From: Malacoraja senta
Lineage: Eukaryota
Direction: 5' to 3'
Assembly: GCA_038087875.1 (NCBI GenBank)
Contig: CM075992.1
Location: 62,001 to 126,000 of the forward strand
Length of the DNA: 64,000 nucleotides
Both the position numbers and the translations under genes were made by a program. Below, in pieces: positions 61,831 to 64,000 of this stretch. The notes under the pieces are model-generated. The model did not search any database and was not told the origin of the DNA. It worked only from the letters and a program-made list of their open reading frames with translations. Each line of letters starts with the position of its first letter. Within the stretch, counting starts at the first letter, position 1.

Positions 61831-63859
61831 ATCCCTGAGTAAAATGCCTCTGCTTTTTATAGCTCCATTTTTGTCGTCAAATGGCAGCTTGAGAATTGAA
61901 TGGAGAAGTTAATTATGTAAAATGTATTACACTGATGTTCTGCAAAGTCTTGATTACAGAAGAGTGATTACAGAGCTGATGTAAATGGGAGCGGGAGGGA
62001 CACAGAGCACCTGACGCCCCACGCTGCTGGCTTTGCAGGTTGCTGTGGAATGTACAATTGCAAATCTTAGAGCTTCTGCCCTAAAGGATAATTTCAGAAG
62101 TTGCCAAAATAATTGCGTTGCGTTCGAGATTGTCAGCAGTTTCAGTGCAAGTTCAGAAAATCCCAGAAAGCCTTTCCGCTGGGATCAGAGATCAGGACAT
62201 CCTTCCCGGGAAGGGAGGTGATCCAAGGATAAATGGCCACTGGGAAAGTCACACCTGGTAGGAAGGCTTCGGGATTTATGGAGAAGTCATGATCTACTTA
62301 ACAGTAGATCAACATCTACTCATCCAGAAGACATGACCAGCAGCAATGCAGCACCTTCCTGAGTTGGAGTCACCACCCACTGTTCCACCATGAACTCACC
62401 ACTGCTCCAATGCTGCCTGCTCCTGACTACTCTTCATCTACTCTCAACCCAAATTATTTTCACCTTGCTCTTGGCTTTATCCAATGATTTTGTCTCCAGT
62501 CCTCTATGCAGGAGAGAATTGCAGACACAGTCCGGCCTCATCTCTCCATAGTTGCTAACCAACCCATAAACAAGCACGAATGGGTCCAATTTCCAAACAA
62601 ATGTCTCTTTTCTCCTTTGGGTTGGTCACACAGATATAAACGAGAGTGTACACTACACCACTCTGTGAACCTTGCACGGATTAACACCAATTGATTGAAA
62701 AATGGTAATTGTTCCCATTCGATATTCTAAATTCTATCAATCAGAAATGTTTAAGCTCTTCCAAATAGGAATTGGTTTCAATAAGGTTAAATGTACTGTA
62801 TATGGCACTCTGCTTCCAATATTTATTTCTGTTGTCTTTATTGCAACCAAAGTGCGGAAGCAGAGAACAATAGATGTTATTAGTGCTTTGGCTTCTCAAG
62901 TGAAAATGCCAGAGATTCCTTTAACATTTTGATACATTAACCCAAAGTTAATCGAAAGGTCAGTTTCATGGAACATCTTAAATGCAGCAAGAAAGATAAG
63001 GGAGTGAATCCAAAGCAATGGGCCTTGGTGGCTGAAGGGAGTGAGAGCAGTGTTGGGCTGCAGGAGGTTACAGATATGATGGAGGGGGAAAACAAGGAGA
63101 CAATCAAAGACAATCAAACAAACGGGATTGTCAGACAGGCAGAAACAGTCTCCTTGTAGAAGAAAGATCAACATTATTGTTGTTGTTTAACCCAGAAGTC
63201 CGACACTTTCGACAGAGATAGACGTAGTTTATTTCATCAAGAACGATCCTGCCACCCTCTTCCCTCTCCCTCTCCCCCAAAGCAAATGAGACAGTTGCGA
63301 CACTCTGCAATTAAATCCAACATATTTCACCAGTCTGCCAGCACGCTTATTGATTTTAATTACCTTGATTAATTCACTGCATGCCAACATAAACCAATCT
63401 GGGCTCACTTGCCAAAATTCTGTCGCCTACTTGACAGGATCTGAAGGGAGGGAAGACAGGAGAGTAATCTTCTGACTGACACTAGGGTGAGTGGAAATGC
63501 TGACAGAGAGGGGCATGACAGAACATCTAATCTGCACTCTGCCTCTGCTTCTTCCTCATCTGTCGTTCCCAACTCAAAGAACATTGATATTTCTTTGACC
63601 CTATGAATCCTGACTTTAAAATAAAATTGTTTTCTTTGCTTAAAGATTGTAATCATCATGATGTACTATTGACAGGGGATGAAAATCAATCCTTCAGCAA
63701 TTAGAGAACAGCAAGGCTGAATTATTTTCTCTCCTGTTATATATGCAATGTTGACTGTAGATGGGTCTGAAATTTCAAATAGTTGTGGAAAAGTACACTC
63801 ACTGGTGTTAGAAAGGCAGCAAATGTCTTGAGTGTGTTCAGTGGAGATCGCTGCTCCCA

Positions 63860-64000
63860 ATGAAGCCGCTGCCCCACAGCTCCAGCGACCTAGGTTCAAT
63901 CCTGCGTCCGGGTGCTGTCTGTGTTCAGTTTGCACGTACTCCCTGTGACTGCACATTTTCCTCCACGTCCCACAGGCACCCAGGTTGATCGGATAATTGC
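63860..64000 (+). mobile_element. V-SINE 5' part, decayed
   Basis: ggttcaatcctg box B followed by ggtgctgtctgtg...tttgcacgtactccctgtgac. Confidence 0.7.

Noticed and set aside
60884-61912. Long Cys/Val-rich and His/Thr-rich ORFs
   Set aside because: They are translations of a 26-bp minisatellite

Overview
This is eukaryotic, repeat-dense vertebrate DNA with no recognisable host protein-coding exon, so it is probably a large intron or gene desert. The repeat content (CR1 LINEs with short-repeat tails, V-domain tRNA SINEs, Rex1/Babar, RTE, L1, Penelope-like and Tc1 elements) points to a cartilaginous fish, probably a skate or ray (inference). There are two assembly gaps (9677-9937, 16658-17101). 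Main elements: a near-full-length CR1 with SGNH-esterase ORF1 and APE/RT ORF2 (47625-51521); many truncated CR1s; a Passport-like IR/DR Tc1 transposon with an open 334-aa transposase (56437-58024); an internally deleted Gypsy element with LTR and tRNA-Ser PBS; a solo LTR; and RTE, Rex1 and L1 3' fragments. The most interesting signal is a family of short Penelope-derived inserts carrying a minimal hammerhead-ribozyme motif (CUGAnGA-A-stem II-GAAAC-GUH). They occur as TSD-flanked ~95-140 nt monomers, as fold-back pairs that break at the ribozyme, and as 66-nt tandem arrays that share one junction at three separate loci. All family names come from motif recognition, not database searches, and the boundaries of old repeats are approximate.
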